The notes below the pieces were generated by a model. The model ran no database searches. It was not told where the DNA came from and saw only the letters and a program-made list of their open reading frames with translations. DNA of 64,000 nucleotides from Octopus sinensis. Its lineage: Eukaryota. Shown one piece after another: positions 27,481-40,821 of this stretch; position 1 is the first letter of the stretch; every line of letters begins with the position of its first letter. Position numbers and translations under genes: made by a program. The stretch spans positions 69,688,001 through 69,752,000 of the forward strand of contig NC_042997.1 of assembly GCF_006345805.1 (NCBI RefSeq), given 5' to 3'.

Positions 27481-28259
27481 ATGTCTCATCCCTGGCCCCT
27501 GATATTTCCCCTACAGACTACCAAGTCGCCGAATTCTGATCAGCAGGTAGCATTGATGGATATGAAACATCCGACGATGACCTCGACCAGTTCAGAGTGG
27601 CCATTTGGTCCCGAAGTAGATTATTCCTGCCGTCCTTCTAACTACAGTGGTGGGTTTATTGTCCATTTGCAGGGCAACACGGCCCCTCCAATGGTTACTG
27701 CTGTGGAACTCAGTGAAATCGCCATTCCCGATATGCTCAACTCAGTGAATCAAGGAAACGACAACCGCAGCAGCCGTCTCATCGGAAACAGCAACAACAG
27801 CAGCAATGGTGGAAGCAACAGCAGCAATGCCAGCAACACTCCCAACGCCGCAAACAACTGCAATAATAATGTCAGCAATAACATGAACGGTAATAGCAAC
27901 ATCAGCATCACAAATGGTAACAACGGCAGCAATACAACCACTAATAACATCCATCACCATCATACAGCACAATTGCATCATCATCACCATCATCATCATC
28001 ACACTCAGCCACATCAACATCATTTACATCCTCATCAACTACCACCACATCATCAAAATTCCGTCATTCAAGATGAACATAAGCCTTTTGTTTGCGCTGG
28101 CTGTGGGGATCTGATCACAGAGCGCTACTATTTAAATGTGGCCAACAATGCTTGGCACTTTAACTGCTTGAAATGTTACGAGTGCAAGTCTACGCTAGAC
28201 ACGGAACGGTCATGCTACGAACGGATGGGTAACTACTATTGTAAAGAGGATTATCAAAG
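27481..28259 (+). CDS. Lhx2/9: LIM-homeobox Lhx2/9 (apterous-like), first visible coding exon: Asn/Ser-rich and His-rich N-terminus plus LIM1 (28093-28251)
   Basis: The ORF encodes CAGC-x17-HFNC-LKC-YEC-x18-CKED, a canonical LIM domain ending YCKEDYQR as in Lhx2/9/apterous. The donor AG|GTAAGC lies at 28259/28260 (phase 2). The 5' boundary is uncertain: ATG at 27481, or acceptor CCCCTACAG| at 27516 with the first in-frame ATG at 27556. Confidence 0.93.
27495..27516 (+). promoter_or_regulatory. Probable 3' splice site upstream of the LIM1 exon
   Basis: CCTGAT (branch-point-like CTRAY) followed by ATTTCCCCTACAG, inside a longer T-rich stretch. It falls exactly on a codon boundary of the ORF (phase 0). 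Confidence 0.65.
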
Positions 28260-29405
28260 GTAAGCATTAAAAAAATATTTTTTATTTCTTCTGAACTGCA
28301 ATTTGATGTTGTCTTGCTTTACTAGTGAACTTTTTGTTGTTGTTGTTGCTTAGTTAAAGTCAACTTAAACACTTGATACATGGAACCATATGATGCTATT
28401 TTATTCCTTTAATATTGTTACGATGATAATCAATCTAAAGGTAAGTGATAAGTTGAAGTGAAATAAATCTGTGATCCAAGATCTATGTATTATACATATT
28501 GTATTTGCTGAGTTAATGTCCTTTGGAGAAACAATGAAACGTGAATGGCGTCCATTACATCTTGTCACCTACAATTCGCTAAGTCTGGATATAGTGATTA
28601 AAATTTTGTCAATATAGTACTATTGCATATGCTTAGGAAATATTCATGCTTACTTTGATAGAGATAAGGCCTCAGTAAACAGAATTTGTGAGCTGGTTCA
28701 AGTACTCTCAGGTAGAGATATTTCATGAATATATCTATATGAGGATTAAGTGTTAATAGCAATATTCTTTTACTTATTATTATTTTTTTAATTTGAGAGC
28801 CGTTTAACACACTTCTCTCTTTTACAATAGAATACATCATTTCTGTCGATAACAAGTCTTTCTATATAAAACAAATGTATAGTTCAAGAAATCTCTAAAA
28901 ATGCTATAGTTGAGTATATCGTCTGTGTTGTACACTGGGTCCCTGTTTCGAGGGTTACAAACATATACCAGCAACCAGGCGACCAGACATAACTTGATTA
29001 AACCTAGGACTGTGCCCACGCAGCATTTTACTAACCCAATCGAACACATCTTTGAAACCAGTGGCATCTAGATACAGAGTATACTGATTCATTATAACGG
29101 CTTCTGAAGCAATAAGCGATTCCTTTTTCTGTTTTAGTACAACACAAAATACTAATGAGATACCAGAAGACAAAGTAATGCACTGAAAATTAAGGAATCA
29201 AAAGTTTGGTGAAACGAGGTTGTTTAGACAGATCGGAATAAAATTCATCGAAGACACGTTCTATGCATGCAAACATACGTGCAATCTTATGCATACACAT
29301 AAATGTGCATATATGTGTATGTAAATAAATATTTATATTTATCCATATAAGTGTATTACACATACATATATATGTATATGTATATATGTATACATGCATA
29401 TATAT

Positions 29406-29441
<36 letters not shown>

Positions 29442-29620
29442 CTCACACACACATAAACATGCATACATGTATATAAATATATATTCACATACATACAAAC
29501 ATGTAGAAACACATTCGTATACACATATATAATGTTATATATATATTCATACACACACACGCACGTGCGCGCGCACACACACATACATACACATATTATT
29601 GTTATAATAATAATAATAAT

Positions 29621-29659
<39 letters not shown>

Positions 29660-29662
29660 TAT

Positions 29663-29735
<73 letters not shown>

Positions 29736-32148
29736 GTTATTATTAATATATAAATATATATGTGTGTGTAGGTAAGTGTATAAATGCAGAGAAAGAGAAC
29801 TGCGCATATATATAAATATGTATACATATATATCCATATATACATATATATATATACATACACACATACATACGTATACACATACATGCATACGTACATA
29901 CATACATACATACATACATACATGCTTTGTTGTATTATGCATAATTCTGGTATATCCATTGTCATCTTTGAAAAGAAAATTTCCTATTCACTCTACATAT
30001 TTTCACAACAGTTCTTTCAGGTAGGAGCTTTTTTCATTAACAAGAATATTTTCTTTCTATCTCTTAATCATTTATACACATATACCTACACCTATAAAAC
30101 GCAAGGATATATACACACATAGACGACACATATGCAGTATAGCTCCTCGAAAAGAAGCACGTTTTCTACTTAAAACGAAGTCCTTCTCATAATAATTTTA
30201 TACATACACGTGTCCTTTTGAATTTTTTACCGAAAATATTTATTTTGATGGGGTCTAAATCAGTAAAGAAAATCTTTTTTTATCAACAGATATTTCTCTA
30301 GAGGGAAATAAATATATGTACACACACACACACACACACACACAACACACACACACACAAACACACACACATACACACGTTCACATAAACACAGATATGT
30401 ATGCCGACATATGACTGTCTCTTAGAAATATGTGAGTGTTTGTGTGTGTAAATATTGAATTATATATTATTTCATAATTGTACAACTACTGCATGCCTTC
30501 TATAATTTTGCATACAAACATGCATATATATATATGCATGCACATAGGTGCACTCTATATTGACATTTTTAAACACAAGTAGAAATATATTTTCAAAGAA
30601 ACCAACATCCAAATATGATTCAATAGAAAGTTTGTATGTATATTATGTATGCCTGTATGCATGTATGTATGTATGTATGTATGTATGTATGTATGTATGT
30701 ATGTATGTATGTATGTATGTACGTATATTATGTACATTGGATTCACACACATAGATAGACAGATAGACATATACATATACGCATATGTATGTACGTTTAT
30801 ATATAAATACGCAAACATACATATATATGCACACATGTACACATATATGCATAGCCTCAAAATGCTTATAAATTCACTCAGACTCTAGGAAAAGAAATTG
30901 TTGTCTGAAATCTTCAATAATCTTAGATATGCATCATGTTGTATTAGAGCTTGACCTTTCAACAACATCCATTTAGAACTAACGTACTTTCTTAATTCAT
31001 GTATGATAAATAAAGTCAAAGTGATCTTTATGGTCTGTCAAAGTGCAGGAAATAGGAGCAAATTTCACTCTGCTAACATCTTAGTTAGTTGAGAAAGGAG
31101 AGAAATTATATAATAGAAATATGTAGTTTCCGAATTAAAGGTGGGATGGTCATGTCTGGAAATTCTCTATTCAACAGAATCGATATATTTGTCTTTGGCA
31201 TATCCATATTATTTTGTCATAGAAAAATATGACATTGAAGTTTGCAAGTTCTTTTGCCTTCATCCAAAGATCATTAGGACATTCTTGAAATGAATTTAAG
31301 ATGGGTAGAGGAAGCAATCAAAAACATGTTGCATTCTAAGCTGGACATTTCTTTAAAGCTCTGTCTTTGTTAATATGTGGAAAACATACCATTTGCTTGT
31401 TCTTCACAATAACGTGATTAGATGAATTTTAAAAAATAATCAGAAAAAAAGCCGCCATACCATTCACATCCACCATTCGCAAGAGATTCTTGTGTATATG
31501 CATATGTGTATGTTCACATGTGTGTATGTCTGTGTGTGGTGTGGGGGGGGGGTATGCTTGTATGTGTGTTTGCGCATGTGTATGCGCTTGGAATTCTTTT
31601 GTTCTTGCTGTTAAAACGATCGGAATAATTTGATTATCAACATTTTCTTTAGATAGCCAACTTTCTTAATGTTCTAATTTTTGTTGTTTAAGATGCCAAC
31701 ATGGCGTCAGAGTTAAGTGTCTGGACTCCAGTTTTGACAGAAGTTGGCAGCTGAGATTTTATTTCACTCACGCTCTCACATACTCATATGTTGATATACA
31801 TAAATATGTATATTTACATATAAGTGTACACACACACATACACACTAGCATACATATATATACACACTCACACACACAAATATATATATATATATACCTG
31901 TTTGTGTGTGTGTTTCCACCATCAAAATAATAATATTCTTTGTGAACGGCCCTTTGACTTTTGCTTTGAATTTGACATCGAACTGCATATCTATCTATAT
32001 ATCTATCTATCTATAATCAGCCGAAATTACTACGATGATCCGGTTCTTGACTGAAGACTGAGGGTTTCGAATGTCCTGTCCGTGTTTATTGTATCGTCTT
32101 CTAAGAGTTATACGTTCTTGTCCATGTTGTATTTTTCTACATACCTTA

Positions 32149-32228
<80 letters not shown>

Positions 32229-32355
32229 AACGCAGTATAGCGTGAAAACAGCAGAAAGATTGGGTATTTTACCCTTATAAGATGAAGTGAAAGGGAGGTT
32301 GTTAGTAGACGGCTAGAGGATGTGAACTCGTCACTTTTGAATACCGGCTGAATAC

Positions 32356-32589
32356 ATATTTCTTTACTACCCACAAGGGGCTAAACACAGAGGGGACAAA
32401 CAAGGACAGACAAACGAATTAAGTCAATTACATCGACCCCAGTACGTAACTGGTACTTAATTTATCGACACCGAAAGGATGAAAGGCAAAGTCGACCTCG
32501 GCAGAATTTGAACTCAGAACGTAACGGCTGACGAAATACGGCTGCGCATTTTGCCCGGCGTGTTAACGTTTTTGCCAGCTCGCCGCCTT
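32356..32589 (-). mobile_element. Full-length young SINE (family A, tail type 1) with 15-bp target-site duplication
   Basis: ATACCGGCTGAATAC occurs at 32341-32355 and 32590-32604, flanking the element. The body is homologous to many other copies in the window. Confidence 0.92.
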
Positions 32590-32826
32590 ATACCGGCTGA
32601 ATACCGTTAAGGTAAACGATTCACGGATAACAATCGCCGTCAAATTAAACGCTAAATAATGATAGCTTTTTTAAAAATGCGACATATTGTAAACAAAGTT
32701 TGGAAGCATCGAATCTTTGTGCTGTTTTCGCGGCTGTACTGCATTCGAAATATATTTTCTTGTCTATATGAAACACATTCGACGCTTCCAAAGTTTGTTT
32801 ACAATATGTTGTCGCATTTACCATTA

Positions 32827-32883
<57 letters not shown>

Positions 32884-33155
32884 CACACACACACATGTAC
32901 ATACATACAATGTGCGCACAGCGCAAGTATAAGATTAACGTAATAGACTGTAATTTTTTAGCTCATATTTGAACAAATTAAATAAATATTCATTCATGTA
33001 AAAGCATAATATTACAAGAAATCTAATACACTGACCTTATTATCATATCAAAAGCAAATATAAGTGCTGCTCAACGTTCTCAACTAAGAAATACAATATA
33101 CTGATTAACAGTTTTAATTGTCTAATTCGTCTGCAGATTTAGAATTTATACATAA

Positions 33156-33285
<130 letters not shown>

Positions 33286-34120
33286 CATGTATCTGAATAT
33301 ATATGTATATCTGCAGGAGAGGCTCAAGGAGAATACAATTTGAAAGATTTTGTAGAAATACTTCTTCGTGATATGATGTGTAGAACTTCATCGTACCAAG
33401 AAGCATAGATTGCTGTACTGAATACCAAAAGAGTTGTAACGGCAACTGAAACATTCTAGGGTAGCCTACTGAGAAGACCCTGGGATCGGTAGTATCATTG
33501 GACGTTTATGAAAGTTATGCAATATTGAAATCTTGCCTCACCGATAAACCTTAACATGCACACGCGCTCACACACAAGGATTGAAATCACAAAATATTTA
33601 GATTAGAACAAAACTAGCTGTTTAGTTTCCAGTGCAACAATAGCCGGTACTCTATATATTTTTGTTGTCATTTTTTCATCGTACTACATAAGAAAGGAAA
33701 AGCCACAACGTATAACGCTGATGAAAAGGAGTGTTATTTTCAGTGTAAGAAAATAATTGACTCTATCCACTCCCGATGCTCAGTGGTAGACGTCTGAGCG
33801 GATAAGCCAATGAATTTCCCATAAGGCACAGTCACATGATTGTCTTACTGCAGGGTCTTGACTTATATTATGTGGTTCCTTTGTACAATACAGTTAGCTA
33901 CAGATATCTATTACTATATGCTTATCGCAGTTATTTTAAAACCAGTTTAGTAGAGAAAGCGACTGTAGCCGGAGGGAAAGCAAAGTTAAACTCTAAGATA
34001 TTTGTAATGTAAAGCCAGGTCGAACTAGACATTTAGCTGGAGTTTTCTAGTTTCTTTCAGTTTAACACTTTATATTACATTCTCCATTAAAATATCATTT
34101 TCTGCTTTTTTCCCCCACAG

Positions 34121-34458
34121 GTTATTTAACACTCAACGATGTGCAAGATGCGGGATGGGTATTCAGTCAACAGACTTGGTGATGCGAGCCAAAAACCACA
34201 TCTATCATGTATCGTGTTTTACTTGTTTCACCTGCAACAAAGCGTTGCAGGCGGGGGACACATTTGGACTTCGAGAACATTTTGTATACTGCCAGGTCCA
34301 TTACGAGGATTCCTATCAGTCGGAGTACATTTCTTTGTCTCCAGACATGAACGCAAATCAAGCCCCTTACTATAATGGGGTAGGGACCTTACAAAAAGGA
34401 AGGCCTCGGAAACGACGCAGCCCCAACTTGAATTCCGAAGAGTTTGCACAAAATATGG
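34121..34458 (+). CDS. Lhx2/9: Lhx2/9 coding exon: LIM2 plus the conserved QKGRPRKR basic motif (34392-34418)
   Basis: Acceptor TTTTTTCCCCCACAG| at 34120. AG+G gives Arg, in phase with the previous exon. Translation is RLFNTQRCARC-x18-HVSCFTCFTC-x18-CQVH...YYNGVGTLQKGRPRKRRS. Donor G|GTAAGT at 34458/34459 (phase 1). Confidence 0.96.
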
Positions 34459-34683
34459 GTAAGTGATACTGCTTGTTTTCCAAAATGTCTTTCTGATTAA
34501 CTATATTTATTGACCGTTTGACGATACGTTTATGTGCATTTATAGTTCCTTAAGGTTGTGTGTGATTCAGGAACGGTTACTTCTTTCGAATTTTTGTGAG
34601 GAGAATTTGGAGTTGGATGATTTTATCCTGATATCATACGAGTTTCTAGCCTCTCCTGCTTTTCACAAGTATCTAGGTTTCAT

Positions 34684-34812
<129 letters not shown>

Positions 34813-35242
34813 TTATCTGTCTGTCTATCTATTTATCTACACACATATGTGTGTATATGTATTTATACATATATAAGCAATATTAAGCAAAAGCAAACTC
34901 AGTAGAAAGAGTACTATTTTTTCATTGGTTCGTATGTTTATGTGGTTTTATCTATTTGTTGCTGGTTGGTTTAATGTAGTGCACATGTCTACATGTATGT
35001 TCCCCTGGCACATATGTGTACGTGTGTGTCTCTGTACCAGTTGAGATGGGATTATATATTTTGGTAATGTTTATTTGCTGTTTGAAACGGGTGTTTTCAT
35101 TGACTGTTATATTTCTGACTTTCGATGTGTGTGTGTTTGTTGAAACAGTTTGATATCTGCATATGTGAATTTGAGTTATGTTTTTGCATCTGAAGACTGC
35201 CACGTTTAGTTATACATACACATGTCTATGTATTTACGTCTG

Positions 35243-35276
<34 letters not shown>

Positions 35277-37189
35277 TGTATGTATGTATGTATGAATGTA
35301 TGTATGTATGTATGTATGTATGTATGTATGTATGTATATATATATATATATACATACATACATACATGCATTCATACATATATGTGCATACATATATCGA
35401 GTCATTTGGTTTAGCCTTCTAAGTTAACAATAACTCAAACCAACAACCACATGCTTTTAGGATCTATCCAATAATAAATGTATGCGAATTTAAGCGTTCT
35501 CTTATGGAGGAAGAGTAAATATTTATAACAGTGTAAAGGTATCTAGAGGTTTCAAAGAAACCACTAAATTAGGAGAAAGCACAATATTAGACCCATGTGG
35601 TAAAATCCATCATATTCAATAAATTTAAGGATAATGATAGGTAAGAAGTTTCCCCATCGTCTAAAAATCGAGGTCCCCGGACAAAAATATAGGCGAAAAG
35701 ACTATTCAACACTAGTAAACTTTGACTATAATCTAATATTCATTAAGAGGAAGGGAATGATGACTGATTTGAACTGAGGGTGCTCAAACTAAATCAGAAT
35801 ACAGAAATACAATTGCCAATTTTATTTCGTTTGATCAGACATTGGTAAATTCCTGGAATGCTTAGATATATACTAAACACATCTAACGTTACTCAACACA
35901 GTATATATTTGTAACATTGTAAAGTAGACTGGAAATAATATTAATAACACAGACCTGGTCTTTGAGAAAGAACAATACGTCCTATAATATTAAAACATCA
36001 ACAATCAAGCCACACTAAATAAAAATTTTGAATTGCTTTCTTCAGGCTTTCACATGCAGGGGTAATTCTTTAAATATCATACTGGCATAGCAGCATGAAA
36101 TCCAAATAAAACATCATTTTCCTTTTCCTCTTGAAATAATATTTCGCTCTACAATTAGAAATAACGTCAAAATTACTTCGTGAACATAGAAATCTTATAA
36201 CCTTTTTTCAAATAAATCTACATGAATTAATAATTCAATAAACTAGATTATTTCCCTTACTTGGTTTTCAAAAGCAATATATGAAGGTGGAATAGATCTT
36301 ATCCGACATTACCAGAAAAGCTATAATATTGCAAAAATAATTGTAGCAATATATTCACGAAATACCTGTATTGTAATTAAGTGCATATGTGTGTGTGTGT
36401 GAGTCTGTGTGTGTGTGCGTATGCATTCGTGCGTGCGCGTGCAGTAGGAACACATCTTTATTTCTGTCACTTCCTGGAAAATTGAAAGAACAGTTGAATC
36501 CAGCGAAAGGAATGTAGTTCTGAATTCTATTGATTCTGTCAATCCAGCAAACTCATATACGTATTTCATATGTTTGTATTTATGTATGTACATGTCCATA
36601 CACAGTCGTTGAACTGCGCCATGGATGAATAACTGTTTCAAAGATTTTAGCTCGTTTATAATCAGCCTAATAATTTGTTTCGTATTCATTCTGTCAACTT
36701 CGAAAGCAAGAAATGTGAAGCTGACCCGCACAGGACTTTAAATCCCAAGGTACTTTGCCTGATACCCTACAGGCATTCATCTATCCATATATATACCTTC
36801 GAAACGTAGAGTAGATGAAACCATGGCGACTGAAGAAGGGTTTTTTTCCTTGTGTTATTTGTCCTGTACTCTATTTTTTTGTTGTTTAAGAAAAATGTCC
36901 AGTTCCTTGTGTTTGTGGTCTATGTTTTCGTTTCTCATTGTGTTCGACGTTTTTTGGTGTCCTGTACTCATATATGCGTGTATATATACATGTAGAGGTA
37001 GGTACGTACATATATGTATATATATATATGCATATGTTTTATTTATTAATATATTATATATGTGTGTGTGTGTGTACACAAATACAGATTCAAACATACG
37101 TACGTATGAACATACATCATGGTATTGATAAGGCTATCAGATGCTGGTCACAATATGTTTCGCATGGCCCTTAACCAGAAGACTATTCC

Positions 37190-37345
37190 GTTGCAAAGTT
37201 GCCCTTTTACAGCTGCGCTGACTTGAGCAACGAACAATGGAGTGAATGCTGAAGAACACAGCGCGCCGCCCGATCCGCGGATCGAACCTACAGTCAGGCA
37301 ATCGTTAGTGCAACACTGTAACTATTATGCCACGCGCCTTCACAT
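37190..37345 (-). mobile_element. SINE family C, 5' part
   Basis: Minus strand GAAGGCGCGTGGCATAATAG...GGTTCGATCC has Pol III A- and B-box-like motifs. Confidence 0.75.
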
Positions 37346-37387
37346 GAACATACAATCATAAATAAATACATACATGCATATACGTGC

Positions 37388-37474
<87 letters not shown>

Positions 37475-37482
37475 CATATATA

Positions 37483-37570
<88 letters not shown>

Positions 37571-37588
37571 TATATACATACATATATT

Positions 37589-37627
<39 letters not shown>

Positions 37628-38485
37628 TACATATGTAATATTCAACATGCAAGAGCAGGCATGCATGCACGCAAGCAAGCGTACATGCGTGAAAATGAGA
37701 TGTTCGTTGAGGTTGCCTCAGGATGTTATGAACAGAGACTACCACACGAGGCTCTTACCGCACGGGCGAAACTGAAGCTGTTCCTCTCTTCAGTTCCAAC
37801 AACACTGCCTTGCTATTCATTTTCTGTTCTCACTTGTGATGACGACGACGACGACTACAATGACAACGACGAAGATTAAATTGTTGTTGTTGATGATGAT
37901 GATGATGATGACGACGACGATGATGATGATGATGACAATGACGATGACGGTGACAAAGCGAAGACGATGTCGATGTCGACGGTGATAACGGGGATAATGA
38001 CGTTGTCAATGATGATGATAACATTACAGGGCTCTGTAGTTATATTGCGGTCTATAACTACTTTAAGGACCTCTTAATTTTTAGCTTCAGGCTATTAGTT
38101 CGATTCTGCGATGGAGTGCGTGGTTACAAAGTGGAGGTGGGACGTGAGAAGATGAAAATATAAAAACGAAGTAAAAAAGAAAGGCAAGGATAGATGGTAT
38201 AACAGAGTACATATACACTGTGTCACTTAATATTATCTCTTCATCATTCATTCTCATTCAGTTAAGAGGAATCTATAATCTTTCTCGTTTTCTACCAAAC
38301 CCGTTCTCACTTATACATGCAATCAAACGCACGCGCGCGCGCGTTTGTGTGTACACCCACGCATTACATGTACACTTTTATGACAAAAAACGTTTTTATT
38401 AATTAATATTTCTATAACTATATATCTATCTATCTATGTACACACACACACACATGTACATACATACATACATACATACACACGT

Positions 38486-38517
<32 letters not shown>

Positions 38518-38691
38518 ATATATATATACATATATATATAAATACTCACACACGTATCAGATTCCGACAAACACAACTGATATTTTGGACTTCCAAAAAG
38601 GTTACCTATCTTCTAAAATTCGGTTATAAGGCATCAACAGCCAAAGAAATTAAACCACATCAGTTGGTTATTATCTAATACTAAACATGGA

Positions 38692-38898
38692 ATAACATTT
38701 CCGCTTACAATGTTAGTCGGTGCCTACGAAAGAAATTCCGAAAATAATATTCGTCATCTTCGTAGCACATTCGATCTAGTACATGAATTTCTATGTACTA
38801 GAACGAATATGCTATGAAGATGACGAATATTGTTTTCGGAATTTCTTTCGTAGGCACCGACTAACATTGGAAGCAGAAACGGCCGTAAGAAATGTTAT
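38692..38898. repeat. Long inverted repeat / fold-back (MITE-like) element
   Basis: 77-bp arms at 38708-38784 and 38793-38869 with 4 mismatches and an 8-nt loop. Outer 10-bp IR ATAACATTTC/GAAATGTTAT. Confidence 0.9.
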
Positions 38899-39156
38899 GT
38901 CATGTTTTGTATTAAAAAATAACCGACTGATGTGATTCAAGTTGTTTGTTTGTTGATCAAATGTTTTCTCCATTTTCTGATTATCTAAATATGATTCCTG
39001 ATAAACTTTTGTTTATTCTGTTGTTACCTGTACCCTATGTGCACAATGGGCCTGCATACCAATGCCCAGGGTTAGCACAAGTAATTGATACCGATAATAA
39101 ATACGTATACTATTATCCCTTATTCGGTTACTACAACAGCTAACTCTGCTTACCTA

Positions 39157-39190
<34 letters not shown>

Positions 39191-39236
39191 ATATATATAT
39201 ATATAAACGTGTATACATGTATGTATGAATGTATAT

Positions 39237-39268
<32 letters not shown>

Positions 39269-40723
39269 GCGATTGAGCACGTAGTTTTATATATATATAT
39301 ATGTGTGTAATACAGAATGTATGTATATATATGTATGTATGTATATATGTATGTATGTATGTATGTGTGTATGTATATGTAAATATATATATTTACATGT
39401 ATATACATATACATATGTATTTATATATACATATATATACACATACATACAGATAAATATATATTTATACATATATATATACACACTTATATATATATAT
39501 ATGTGTATATATATGTATACATACATATATATACATATATATATGTGTGTGTGTATAAATGCATACAAATGTAGACGCATACACACACACGCGTACACAC
39601 AAATATATTAGTGCATATGAATATGTACGTGCGTGTGACTCTCGATGACGAAATTCATCATCGTCTGTTTCAACAAGTCAATGAACATGTCAATAACGGT
39701 AACTCCTTACTGTCGTACTGCGTATAGTGTTTTCGAAACTTCATACTTACATTCTTAATGTATTACATATTTTGGACAGGTACCACTTATAATTCAATTC
39801 TCTATCTCTTACCAATCACTCCTTTTCGCACTAAACGTCACACGCACACGCTCAGACACACAGACACACATACTCTCTCCCTCTCTCTCTCTCACACACG
39901 CACACACATACACACACACATACACACACACGTATATATATGGATACATGAAAACAAGCATATATATATATATATATATATACATATATACACACACAGA
40001 TAAACAAACACACACACACACAAACACACATACTCTCTCTCTCTCTCTTTCTCTTAGTTTCTTTCTCGTTCAACATGTTTTACTTTCACTCCCACCCCTT
40101 TCTTTACACCTGAATATGTCGTATTGTCAATATTTGCTTTTCGTGTTGTCAACTTGTAATCATCATCTCACAGGTGATATCTATATTTTAACAACAGACT
40201 TTTCTCATCCACTTACATAAATGCTATATCTCCCTCTCTTTCTTTCTCACTGTCGTTCTCTGCCTCTCCCCGCTCGTTCTGTCACTGCGTGTAACTGTGT
40301 GTGTCTGTGTGTGGTGGGGACTATTTCTTTATATTTTTCTTTTGCGAGGCCATTGATGTTTTCTCAAGCTTTATGCGTAATTCCAGTTTCTATAGGGCGC
40401 ATCGAGCCAGAAGCCATCTTGCCCGCTCTTGGATAGAAAGTTAGCCTCATATCAGATACATTTTCACAACTTTTAGTATTGCCACAAAGATAGGCTGATT
40501 TAGTACTCTGAAATTCAACTAAACCTCGGCTGTAAGCGAGTGAGTTATAGATATATACTGCATCTGCATATAAATGTGCGTATTTTGTATGTACGTATAC
40601 ATACATACATACATACATACATAAATACATACATACATACATACATACATACATACATACATACATACATACATACATACATACATACATACATACATAC
40701 ATTATATATATATATATATATAT

Positions 40724-40821
<98 letters not shown>

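Noticed and set aside
27742-28023. Antisense ORFs (93 aa, 66 aa) over the Lhx2/9 low-complexity region
   Set aside because: Expected shadow frames of AAC/CAT-rich codons; no independent evidence.
36790-36860. Second hammerhead candidate (CCTTCGAAACGTA...CTGAAGAAGG) and a similar one at about 32050-32075
   Set aside because: Stem I does not pair, and the core or GAAA is incomplete. Kept only as degenerate Penelope-like ends.
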